NCBI GenBank assembly: GCA_963924565.1
Contig: OZ004612.1
Coordinates: forward strand, 8,990,001-9,054,000
Direction of reading: 5' to 3'
Origin: Ascidiella aspersa
Taxonomy: Eukaryota
DNA length: 64,000 nucleotides
Within the stretch, counting starts at the first letter, position 1. Every line of letters begins with the position of its first letter. A program made the position numbers and the translations under genes. The notes below the pieces were generated by a model. The model searched no databases, was not told the DNA's origin, and was given only the letters and a program-made list of their open reading frames with translations. Of the stretch, positions 1 to 12,100 are shown in pieces.

Positions 1-290
1 TAGGCAAAGTTTGTAGTATCGATCTCAAATAAAATGTTATGAAAATAAATTAATTTTTAAAGAAAATAGTTTAACTAAAAACTAAACGTTTTTGCACTGA
101 ATGTATTTAGACTCTATCTCAACACAAGATTTGTGAAGTCATTTCTATTGCAACGTCAGGTTATGACGTCATTTTAAAAAAAATTGCCTGCCCTGGTTCA
201 GGCTATGCAACAATATTTTTTGGGGGGTCCGCCGTAAAAAAAGTTTTGGAACCCATGCTCTAACTTTATCCAACGCCTTGTCTCGCGCAG

Positions 291-534
291 GAACGAAGGG
301 GCTCTCCCCAGCGACCCCATGCTGCCCCAAGCCGCGATCGCGTCGGTCATCTTCGTGGCGCAATCGGTCTACCCAACCCACGATGGTATCGTGCGATCCA
401 AGGTGGCTTTCCTCTCCTGGTTGAAGATGCCTCTCCTCGTGTTAATGGCTCTCATCTCCAGCCATTCCTTTCACAGGGCGCCCTGGTTCATTTTGGCATT
501 TCTCGGCTTTCATTCCCTTTGCCAGATTGTGTAG
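291..534 (+). CDS. Probable terminal coding exon of an unidentified upstream gene, encoding a hydrophobic C-terminus (NEGALPSDPMLPQAAIASVIF...PWFILAFLGFHSLCQIV*)
   Basis: Branch-like CTAAC near 259, pyrimidine-rich tract and CAG acceptor ending at 290. The frame starting at 292 is rich in C/G-ending codons, like the other real exons here, and stops at TAG 532-534. No protein family recognised. Confidence 0.5.
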
Positions 535-1032
535 AATCGCTCGTTATTTGTTTTGTTTTTGATTTCGGCTGCTTTGGAGTCCTCCTGCTGTTGTTTACGA
601 CTAAATTAAAGCGCCCTTGCGTTTTCTTCAATATATGCGATCACGTTCTTTTCTGCAGTATATTTGCGCGCGTGATTTCCTCCTCAAATATCGGACGGAA
701 AATGAAGCAAAAAGACGTTTCCGGGTTTCTTTCTGTTTTTACCCAATTTTGGTTTATCGGTAAAAGGGTTGTTTTTTTACTAAACTAATATTTGCAGTCA
801 TTTTGCATGCCAGATTTTGTTTAAGGTGGTCCATTCGACAGGAAAAGAATGGGTGCTATTTAATTGGCCAAGCAGTTTGTTGTTATATCCATTTATTTTT
901 CGTCTTGAAACTTGCATGTTTAATTTGATACTCGGCGGTTTTAATTAAATAATTTTCAATCCTCGAAAACGAACTGCTATTTTTCAGATAAAAGACTATA
1001 AATTAGTAGCGAACGACCAACCATGTTTAAAG

Positions 1033-1370
1033 CAGTGATTCCCAAACTGTGGGCAGCGTCACACCAGTGTGCCTCAAGAGATTGTCAAGCGCGAAACGTT
1101 TTTGTAATTTCTGAAAAGAGAGCATTTGTATTACCCATAGGCATACCCGCAAGCATTTTAGACTTAATTACGCACTATTCATTACAAATTAATAGTTTTG
1201 AGACATTTACTTATAGCAGTGCTTTTCAACCTTTTTCTGGAGTGGAACCCTATGGAAACGTTCCACTGGCTCGAGGAACCCCAGTGTTGTTCTGTTAAAA
1301 GTGTCCTGCGAAATAGTTAAGATTTGAGATTTTTAGTGTGCCGCGAGCCAAAGAAGTTTGGGAACCACTG
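1033..1370. mobile_element. hAT-type non-autonomous DNA transposon (MITE) containing a second truncated hAT-type end at about 1217-1282
   Basis: Termini CAGTGATTCCCAAACT and AGTTTGGGAACCACTG; perfect 8-bp TSD GTTTAAAG at 1025-1032 and 1371-1378. Confidence 0.85.
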
Positions 1371-2505
1371 GTTTAAAGTTTCAATGAGAAAAGTCCGATC
1401 TTAAGAAAACAGTTTGCGGTAATTTACTTCTGCGTTAACATTGCTAATCAGGTCTGCCGAATTGGTTTAAAATAACCGGAGTCCGATTCGGGCCGAAAAA
1501 GTCCATATTCAGCCAAATTAACTGACTCTGTCGAGTCAGGTGTCCATCTCTGAATTCATTCCCCTGGATTCCAGTTATTGCTAAGGACGTGACTTAAAAT
1601 TGACTTGCTCTAATTACGACTTGACTTGCGGAACTGATGACTTGGAATTAACTTGTTATTTTACAAATGACTTGACTGGGACTTCAGTCATTTCAAAATG
1701 ACTTGTTTACAACACGGGTAATAAACACATGATTGTGCCACACAACTCACCCAACCGCATAACTTGGATGGAAAATATTCCACCCTGCTATTCCACATTT
1801 CTCATTGACACTGGGTAGCTTTACCGCTGCCGAACTTGCTAATAATTAAGCGCACGTCGGACTCGGTATTGAATTATTCTCGTATCCTTACTCCAGCCAA
1901 ATAAACCTCCTCTCTCGAGTCCCGAGCCCGGCTCCTACTCCGCAGCCTTTTTACTAACCACGCGTATTGGCCATTCAAAGCAAGAAGTTATATTTTAATT
2001 CAAGTATTTTCGGCTCAATACAACGATATCCTTTACCGCTTGGTGGCGCAAGCAAGTACTTCTTGCTCTGCATCAACATTTGATTTCGAAATATAACCTA
2101 CTCTACTGCTTGGCCATTATCTTTCCTCGTCCTACAGTTCGCCAACTTGTCAAGATGCTGTTGGTAAATGTCGTAACCTCCAGTCAATCAAAACATAACA
2201 ATTAGCTATGGTGTAAGTAACGTGTACAAACACAATGGTTGCAATCTAATGATATAAGATCAAAAAAGTTTCGTAGGTGCGACAAACAGTCCATAAAGAA
2301 CTCTTATCAATCCAGCTTATTTTGTCTCTGGCAAAATTTATTATGAAATATGTTGACCATAAGTGCTAAACTTAGCCCCGGTAAGAAAATATATAACAAA
2401 TATGTTTATAACTATGTTTAACCTCTTCATCTCGACTCGCTGTACAGTTATTTTCAATGAATTTTCTCAATCTCCCCTCTGCTCGTAAACAATCACCCCA
2501 TTACC

Positions 2506-2853
2506 CAGTATTGCAAAGACTTAAGTCAGTGACTTGACTTCAATCGATGTTTTCAATTGACTTTTCTTGACATTAGTCTTTTGGACAACTAACTTGACTG
2601 ATAAAAACATTTTGCTTGCTACATGTAACGATTGTGTTATTTTTCAGTGGAGTTACTGCTCATAATCGGACGAGTTTCACAATTTGAACAGTTAAATAAA
2701 CGTTTAATGTCTATGAAAAAGACTTGACTTGAAATTGTTTTGCTCTAATGACTTAACTGACTTCTTGTTTATTCAAATTGGCTTTACTCGGACTTAAGTA
2801 TTTTTACAAATGACTACACTGCGATCATTTCGAATGACTTGTTTCCAACACTG
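2506..2853. mobile_element. GACTT-repeat MITE (CAGTGTTG-type ends); related copies at about 1590-1715, 32894-33293, 49367-49738 and 60440-60811
   Basis: Ends CAGTATTG and CAACACTG, many subterminal TGACTT motifs, near-perfect 8-bp TSD CCATTACC/CGATTACC. Confidence 0.7.
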
Positions 2854-4221
2854 CGATTACCCACTTGGCGAAATCTTACAGTTGTGCTTTTACAACCAAT
2901 GGTAAAAACAAATCACAGTATAGACAGTTGCTCAATCGTATTGCTTGTTAGTAATTTTAAGCAGAGACAAACTACAATTTGTCCTCGGTTGAAAGTACAA
3001 CCAGGCCACGAGTGAGTCAAACAGTTTAAAAGGCCTCTGAAATCCTTACTCGAAAGGCTACAAGTTACAGTTGTTGAACGTGGGAGCGTTGGTCTCAAAT
3101 TGGCAACGAGCGTTCGAATGGGTCCAGGCCGGTCAATCTACTACTTTTAGAACACGAATGCCTCGTCGGTTCGGCGCCAAGCCTTCTACTTTGTTGAAAG
3201 AGATCGGAATGGCCACCCCGGTTCCGGAATCCAAATTGGGCCAAACAGAACGGCGCCAACAAAGGCTACGCGAGCGTAACAACGCAAATTGTGCGCAATT
3301 TCAGGATCAGGCGAGGTTCAGAGCGATTCCGCCCGTTTTGTTGTTGTGATCTTTCGTCGGCGAAAAGTAGTTTGCGGAAAAAAAGAGAGGCCGTCACGCC
3401 TGGGCGCTTTTCTGACGCGCGACGACGTTGTGAAGCGCTGCTGCCGAGATCTGTTACAAGTGAGCGATTAGCCGCGATGAATAGTGACGGTTTTCCCTTT
3501 TCTCAGCGCGGCATCGCGTGGTTCGTGCTGATTTACGTTGATTTCACGGCACTGCAAGCGAAAACTGTGTGAAACAGCTTGCGCCGTTCCCGAAAGCGTC
3601 GACAGTTGAAAGGAAAGGCGCACATGTGCAGTGAGAAGGCAGTGTTTTGCACACGCCTGCTTTAGGTTGTATGTTAGCTGTGTTGAAAAACTAAGAAATA
3701 GTGCAATACGCGGTCGGCAATCTACACAAGACTGTGTGTAGAGGGGCTGCTGCTGCTGCTGTTGCAGTCACTAAAAAATTAACTGACTAAGAAATGATTG
3801 CAATTGTAAACATGTTATCGTTTGTGAACCAGTTTTAGGATACTAATGTTTCGTTTTCGTCTTTATCATTGGACCATGAAGGTAGGTTGCAGCAGACTGC
3901 AGTGAGCTGTAGACTAAATATGAATTGCAGGATTATTATGTTTATGCAGATGACTAACACTAGACTAGGCCAAGTCTTATTACTGTTCATTTTACTTATG
4001 GGCTATGGCAATTTAAGAGTCTGTTATTTTGAATTAAAGAATAACTTGCTATGATTTGCCTTATTTCTTAAATTAACCTTGAAAATTGTTAAGGTATATT
4101 CAAGTTGTAAGATCCTTCTGGACAATGAACTGAATTCCAACTCTGACAATGTCATTGAGCAAGTAGCAAACCAAACAAAGGGATTAAATTTGTCTGTGTA
4201 GTGATTTAGTTGTAGTTCAGC

Positions 4222-4325
4222 ATGTCTCAAATGAGTAGTTGCTCTGATGGCACTTCGGAGGATTTATTAAAGAATATCGAAAAACGACGACAGCTCCGAC
4301 AAAAAGAACAACTCAACGTTGGATG
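4222..4325 (+). CDS. disp1: Dispatched coding exon 1, short cytosolic N-terminus (MSQMSSCSDGTSEDLLKNIEKRRQLRQKEQLNVGW)
   Basis: ATG at 4222 with an in-frame TAG at 4213; donor TG|GTAAAT at 4326; phase 2 joins exon 2 to make Trp. The exact start is uncertain: ACCATGAAG|GTAGGT at 3876-3881 could splice in frame to 4216. Confidence 0.65.
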
Positions 4326-4651
4326 GTAAATTTATCTTGCTTTAGAGAAGTTTGCTCGCTTGAGTAATAGTGTAAACTATGCTGCTATGATAACTTACCA
4401 TACGGTGCTGTGTATGAAACCCATTTACTTTAAAATTAAACAGCATCTCCAAAAAAAACGTGTGCTCAGTTATAAAACCATTTCCTTAAATAGGGATATA
4501 AAATATTTGTGGTTCTATTTTCGGATTTCATGTTTTATTTTTTTAATTACACATACACCCAAAATACCTTTGTGTCAGCCTTGAAAGCAGAGTGACGTAA
4601 ATGACTTATAAAAAATAAAAATGTGATTTGGGAAAAAAATGTTTTGTTTAG

Positions 4652-4775
4652 GTACTTTTGGCTGCTGTCAGAAAACCCTGTTCTGGTAATCTTTCTCTGT
4701 GCAACTTTTTCTGTGGTCCTCTCTGTGATTGCGATATTTTTCACCAATGCACCAGATTTTAGTGAACCAACCAAG
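4652..4775 (+). CDS. disp1: Dispatched coding exon 2, TM1 (YFWLLSENPVLVIFLCATFSVVLSVIAIFFTNAPDFSEPTK)
   Basis: TTTAG acceptor and AAG|GTAGGG donor. Matches the DISP1 TM1 region ending in P-D-F-S-D/E-P. Confidence 0.9.
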
Positions 4776-6496
4776 GTAGGGAATGGATTTTATTGTCGTG
4801 CTTAAAATAGATGATTTTAATTCCTTGTGTTTTACTTTTATTGACAAGCTGATCGTATTTTAAAATATATATATATATATATTTTACTTTATGCTACATA
4901 ATGTATCTGGTACAAAATTTACTTCGATATTTTGCAATAGTTCAAGAACAATTGGCTATTTGTAAATGCTATTGGTTTAAATTAAAAAAAAATGTTTTTG
5001 TAGTGTTATTTGTGTCCTAATTTATGGTAAAAATTGAAACACAATATATAAAACTAGCAGAAATGTTGTCTAGTTATCTTTGATGGCAGATTTATATAGT
5101 TGTCAGCATTTTTATTATTGTTTTAACAAAAACGGTGCCGATCGAGAATCGCTATACTGTAGCTAAATGAGGTAAATTTAAAATTGCAAGAAATAAATCA
5201 ATATGGTAGAATAAATATAATAATAATACTTGATCCATCCAAAAAAAGGCACCTCGCAGCCTAACCCAAATATTGTTAGCAATATAAACCTTTAGACTAA
5301 AATGTGGGAGTATGCTAGACCAGCACTTTAAAAAGTATTGAATTATTTTGTGTTAACATTTACCTCTTGACTTCTGCCTAACAGTCGGTATAATATGCCG
5401 CTTTTAAATTGTTCATCAGACCTTGCCAAATTGAGTAAAATCGCCTCCATTGTAAGACCAGGTCGGTGTATGTTTCAACTTGTCTCAATTATTGACAGCT
5501 CCCAAACTTAAGCCCACCCATGCGCTGTTTAACCCTCTCTTAAGGCGGTTAAGCAGCCCGTCCGGATATTTATCTCGCTTTCTGGCTGCCTAAAATCACA
5601 GAGATTTAGGTTTGCTTTTCTTACAAGGTTCTAGTTTCTGGTTAAACAGCAACGAGTTGTTGTGGTTCTGCACTCACCTAAGCACAACTGATTAGGGTTT
5701 GCAATCTATTCATATATATATATATGCCAACTCCTGTGTGGGGGGTAAGCGCATGTAAAACAGTGGGAGCTTGTTGATAGCATTTATATTATTTTTAAGC
5801 TTTAATGACCTTCTTTAAGTATTCCATATTTTTTTAATTTGGATTTAACACATACTCCCTAAATAATTCGTTTTGTCGGAAAGCTAAATTATTTGAAGAA
5901 AGTGTGTTTGTTTGGGTTGTTCATAAAATAATTATCCTAAATATTTTGTTGTACCACAATAGCATTTATATCTTGGTTTTACATTTCGTTTTTCAGGGCA
6001 ACATTTAAAGACATCTTAGCTGTTAGTAACATATAAAAGTTGTTGCTCTTACATTTAAATCATTTTTTTCATTGTCTAACTATTTAGCCAAGGGCCCGTT
6101 TGGTCTGTTTACATTGGTGCGCAAGTCACACCAAGACTACCCATTCCAAATATTTACCAAGGGCATACCAATATCAGTGCAGGGAATGAGTTTGACTTAC
6201 TGGTTACCTGGGTTTGTGGAAATTACCTTTCCTTTTCTCATTATATTCAGCCGTGTTAGGGATAATCACATCAATACAGTGTTGAGAAAAAGAGTCTCTT
6301 TTCAATAAGAACAGACCAATTGACGCAGAAATGACACAAGAGTACACATAAAGGAAAGCCATCGCTTTTCAAATCCCCTTTAAAACTGGCCGACCGAGTC
6401 CGTATGACGTCATTCGCCAAGTCTTGCGCCGATTCTACGTACAGGCGACGCGAGTTCCGTAAGGCCGCCGCTAATCCCGTGTGTTTTTTGCGTCAG

Positions 6497-6631
6497 GGTT
6501 TCGAGGTACGGGGCACCGATCTGGCCAACAAACTGGTGACGTGGCGCAACATGCTGAATCAGACCGGCTACAACTCGACGCTCTCCTACTGCCCCTACGT
6601 CTACATGAGGAGAAAAGCGGCGGTCCCACAA
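6497..6631 (+). CDS. disp1: Dispatched coding exon 3 (GFEVRGTDLANKLVTWRNMLNQTGYNSTLSYCPYVYMRRKAAVPQ)
   Basis: CAG acceptor and GTAAGT donor, phase 0-0. Matches the DISP1 GFEPRGT...LVTW.NM...TGY..TL motif. Confidence 0.92.
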
Positions 6632-8748
6632 GTAAGTCTTGGACTCTTGGATGTTCTCTCATAGCGCCGTGCGCCTTTGACGCAAGGCGTTCAACCGTTT
6701 TTTTTTGCGCGACCCTGATTAATATGACTTGAAAAGATTGTTTGTTTTTTTTTGCAAAAAGCGAACAAATTGCAATGAGAAATTGTCGTGTGTGGCGTAC
6801 GCCCATTTTTAAATTACGGGACCTAATGTGTTCTTAATTATTTTGATATATTACGAATACTTTTCACAAATATTCGTTTGTAAATCCCACAGCCATGAAA
6901 AATTCGCAGTTGACAGAATTGAAGTGACGTCTATTGTAGTGAAGAACAGAACTTACGTTTTTGCGTCCGAATTAACAAATTGCTTTCTACTTTACCTGAC
7001 GTCTGATACACACGCGAAGGGTCGTGATTGTACGGGCAGACTCACGCGGCGACTCTCGTTTGCCTTCGGGAATCGGATTGCGCAAGGAAAAAGCTACAGA
7101 ACAGAGTAAACGTTATCTCCCGGTCCGGGCAAGTTTGCGGTTGTACCTTGCCCCGTGCTCCGAGCTACAGCCGTCAAGTTAAGTGGCCACGCTCGAATAG
7201 TCATCCCGAGTTCGAGACAAAGCGAGCACGGAGCATGTTTGTTCAGCTTTCTCGATCGCGAGATTATCGACCCTCCCCCAGTCTTCACCGTCCCATGTTC
7301 GCCTTGGCGTATTTATTTCGCGAACGGTCGTTTGGAGAGATTGCAGATTTCATCAGGCGTTTACGCCACTTTCTACCTGAAAAGGCCGATTGTAAATACG
7401 GCTGTGAAAGCTGCACTACGTCAGCGGGTTAGAAGCGGGTGACTGTCCGTTTTTTGCCCTTTCATGCCGGTAGTATATTTCGTGAGGCTGTTTATCATAC
7501 CTGGAAATCCATACTTTTGTGCCCAACATCAGTCTGTTAACATGGACTTCTCACAAAGCCCTCTTTTTAACCCTATTTATGCTGCACAATTATATCAAAC
7601 GAAGGGTAAAAAATCAGCCGATAACTTTGAAATGGTAAAACCGCGATCTGTTACAAGTTAAACGCAAAACGAAGCTCAAAGAAACCGTCAACCTTAAACT
7701 GGCCGATCGGTAGAGGTCCATTAATCAGCGTCAATTGGCTTGCATCGGCCTCAAAACAGTGCCTTGTTCGTCGCCGGTCGAACACTTTTTAGGTAGCGTC
7801 GCGGTATTTTGTTGCTTTCGTTTCGCTGGTCGTCTGTTTGTTTAGGCAGCGCCCGGCCCCGAGGAAATTAGTTGTTATTTCAAGCGCTTCTGAAACCCGG
7901 TCTTCATCAATTCGACGTGATTGCTCGGGCGGGACTTTATCGCTGCGAACCATCGCTACTTTGAAGCAAATCGTCCTTGGACGTTGATTAATGCGACTGT
8001 TTAGGCGCTGTTAGAAAAAACGCGCCAACGGCGCCTAACTTTCCGGGAGAAAGCGTGATGAGATTTAAGACATTTCGCAAAGGTGTGAAATGGCATTCAC
8101 GCGCAAACGTGAAATGCTGCTTCGTGCTTGCTGCTTGTGATGTCTGCGGGAAGCTTGATTGATTTGCCAAGAATGTCGTTCGCCATATTAGAAAAGCGAA
8201 TTCATGTATATTGTATAGCTATGGTATTGCCAGTAAAATAAAAGCCCAAATACCCCCTGCCTTAAAGCCACTATATGACTAAAAAGAATGGGGAGTAAAA
8301 TAAAAAGTTTGTTATTTCTACATTACGTGAGTTGTGCTTAATTTCTTGCCACGCGTGTATCAACGAGAAAACTTTTGTGTTTTTCATGATGAATCACCAT
8401 GCAACTTTGTTTTACTGTAACAGTCGCTCTGCGTTGACTTTTGCAAGACAATGGATTACGCTAAACCTTGTTTACCACCGATGCCGAAGACCTATTCGCA
8501 TTTTAACTAAATGTATATTGGGTCAACTCATCCTATTCGTGACTCAACCGAGTTAAGACCACGCTAAAGTTCTCAAAGATTGTGCAGAGCGAGCATTCGG
8601 GCCTTGCAGCTTTCGACCGGGCGAGTTTAGGTGATCGGAAGGATCCCGAAATAGCCGCGTTTTTCAGGTCGCACCGAGCAGCTATAGCGCGCTCCAACAG
8701 CAAGTCTAGTAGTGCTGTCGTTTCACCATCCTCGGCGCTCGGCTTCGC

Positions 8749-9104
8749 CAGTGGTTCTCAACCTTATTTTCTTTCGTGGCCCATTTTACGTTCCAAATTC
8801 TGTGGCGGCTGTGGCCCAATAAATTTTTATGAAGAAAAAAAATCCGTAAAATAGGTTTAGAACAAAACACAACAAAACATATTTCAAAAGAGATTATTTA
8901 TTCAACCGTGCATTAGTGAGATACTTGCGGCTGAACAACAAATTTGCATTCCTTTTAAATTCCTTCCCAAGCCATAATTCCTGTAAAATTAAATATAGTG
9001 ACACAAATGAAACTAAATCTAGCTTTTTAAATTGGTCTGTGGCCCACCTCAACTGTTCTTATGGGCCCACCAGTAAACCATGGCCCACTTGTTGAGAACC
9101 GCTG
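8749..9104. mobile_element. hAT-type MITE
   Basis: TIRs CAGTGGTTCTCAAC and GTTGAGAACCGCTG; internal TGGCCCA repeats; TSD degenerate. Confidence 0.75.
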
Positions 9105-12100
9105 GCTTAGGCGGTTGTGGGACGCTCGCAATCGGCGTCACGTAGGAAACACTCGCGCGCCCATCGCTTCCTACCTGTGGCCCGACACACACACGTACAG
9201 CCACAAGCCCGGTCCCTATAGTTGCGACGCTGGCGCCGGGCCAGCAAGGCCAGCAAGGCCAGCTATTTCAGCTATTCCAGCGGCAAAAGCAAAGGCCCTG
9301 TGTTGTCGGTCACGTTTGTTTGTTCGGCCACGAGTCCGCCTGTTGTACTTTGACGTTTGAATCGGCGATGTGTACATGATCGCCATGCGCTGGTATCTTT
9401 TTAAAGGGGCAAGTTTTTGAGCTACGCACCCACCTAATGAACCCGTGGTAACTGATCTTAAATGATCTTAAAACAGCCAGAGCTTAGGATCTCCTATCTT
9501 ATGATGTTTTCTAGGGTTTACTTCGTATATTGGTTCGGTATACGCATTTGATTTCAAAATGAATGGTTTTAAAGGGGATTACAATGCTATGGAAATAATG
9601 ATGGTTGATAATCGTAGCCATTTAACAATCACTTCCGTTAATTTCTCATCTTCGTCATTTGGTGATCAACTTATCACAATATGTTAACCATTTTCTGTTT
9701 CTAAAGTTTTTGTTTTAGATACCCACAATATGTTACTAAATCTCTCTTTTTTTTTAAATCTTTGATTATTAACACCAAAAACATTGTATTTAACGCAGGG
9801 CTTGAGGTGTAATTTCTGTTCTAGACTTGTGTTCTTAACATAATGCGCTGATTTTTACGAGATAATTGATTAATGTTGATCGGTGTTCTACCGTCGGAAA
9901 TGATGCGACAATTTGTCATTGCCTTTGCTCCAAACTATCTGTCAACATACCGGCATCTGCCCTTTAATGGCCTGGACATGCCCTGGAATCGTTTTCCTCT
10001 TGCGCGTTCATTTTACGACCGAACTTTGATTTTCCAATTGGACTTTGTGATTCAAGAGAGTCGTGATATGTCAGCTGGGCCGTGCTTTGTGTGCTTTACA
10101 TAATTGGGATGACTGCGCAACCCAGCTATGAACTGCTCGTGTATCAAATAGCTCTTTTATGGAAAAATAATCTAGCAATTTGACTACATAGTGCTGTAAG
10201 ACAAAACGTTTCATTTAGTTTTAAAAGTCACGATTTTCTAGTAGATTTTAAGAATTTATGGGATAAAAACTTACCAAACGTGTCGGCTACATTTAACTAA
10301 ATAATGTGTTGCACCGTACAAAGTCTTCGACCGACTGGTTTAACCTTGCGTGATTTATCGCACACCTGGTCACCACGAGGTTCGAAAATGTGTCGGGAAA
10401 TGCGAACCTTATGTTGCTTAAGACTAATTGAAATCGATAGGGCAAATGTGACCTGCCTTAAGTCGGCAATATCAATTGATCTTTTATAGTAGGCTCTGTA
10501 CAGTGTACAGTGGTGTATCACTATTACCTTCGGTTCTTTTTCGCGTAGTAGCCACAAAAGTTGAAGCCGGTTCGCACAGGCAGAGGCTTTTGTGAATGAG
10601 TCCAGTCTGTGGGAGTCCACAGTTCGCGCGCGCGCGCAAATGCCAGAAGGGAAACCGGACTCACGTGTTTGCCGCGCTCAGCACACACCTCACTTCCGTG
10701 TCCGCTTTGCCGGGACTCGTACCTAGTCCAAAATCACTCGGCCTCGTCCGCGGCCTTCAAAACGTTTGGCGTTTACGCGTCGCATTGGGTTGGTTCGACC
10801 GGGCCCAGACCCTGGTTAGATACCCAACAAAACAGATTTATCAACGTATTGCAGAAATAAGACCAAAATTAGGAAAAAAAACGTCAAAAATCTAATAGGA
10901 CCTTAACTTCCCAACAGAAGACCTGAACCTCCAGAATAAGATTACATTGTTGCTTTAACAGCTCATACAAGGTTGATTCACTTCGTACCAGCGCTTTGAA
11001 GTAAAATTTGCTTTTATTAGACCTACTAGAATCAATTAGTCAATCTGCGACAAATTATGGTAAATGCCAAACCGAAACTGGAATAATTAAAAATTGCCCA
11101 AATAGCCAACGATACACGCTTGCGCAACTATACAGAAACGAATTAAAATACACATCGTATACGTTTCAAAGTGTTCGATAGTCCAGCAAACTGCCCTTCT
11201 TTTAAAAGGTAAGTTAAATCATTGATGAAAAACGATTTGGTAGGACGTATAGTTTAGGACGACCTTCCGACATTTCTGACGAGTACTGATTGTTATTGTT
11301 AGACTCCCGCCTGATGGCGAATGCAAATCACGATTGATTGACAACCCTGTCTTATTGTATTTTTCCTTATTTATTGTATTTTTCCCTTATAATTCGTAAA
11401 ACAATTTATGAATGACTCCGGCCGGTGTTTTTTTTTATTGAGTTCACGTTATACTACGCGACACAACAAAGCGGGCTATAAACTATACACTAATACCAGC
11501 CTCGTTTTGCCTGTGGCGAGAGGCATCTGTTTTGCGTAGTTGCCAGTTTACGCCGGTTCGCAGAGCCATTTATGAATGACTCGGGTCTGTGGGAGGCTTA
11601 TGTTCTGGGTTCACCGGTATGAGCCACAAGGCCACCAATTTTTTTCCGTAATGCGACCGAATAACTGTATCTGATCGCCGGTCTAGAAATATAATTTTAT
11701 GTTGTGTTTAATTGACTTGATTATTATTAAACGAAGAAAGCATTGAAAAAAATACTTAACAAATATATTAGGCTTCATAATTTTGTCTTTTCGCTGAAAA
11801 GATTCCAAATTTAGTTAGAACTTGCACCCGAGAACATTTGAACCGCATTTTATGTGTATTAGGGCAATATGCCGCGGGTAGAAAGAATTAACTCTGCGTG
11901 TCCCATCTGGTCCGTTGGCCATGGTTTGAGGATTACAGATTTAGACAAAAAGCTCTGCAACGCGGCCAACCAAATCCTTCGAACGATATGATTAGAGTTT
12001 TAAACAACAGTTCTGCATTTAGCTTAAAGTGTTGTTGTGATGTCTCCGCTTTGCATAGAGGATACGGGCAATTCTTTACTTTTTTTTAATATAACTCATT

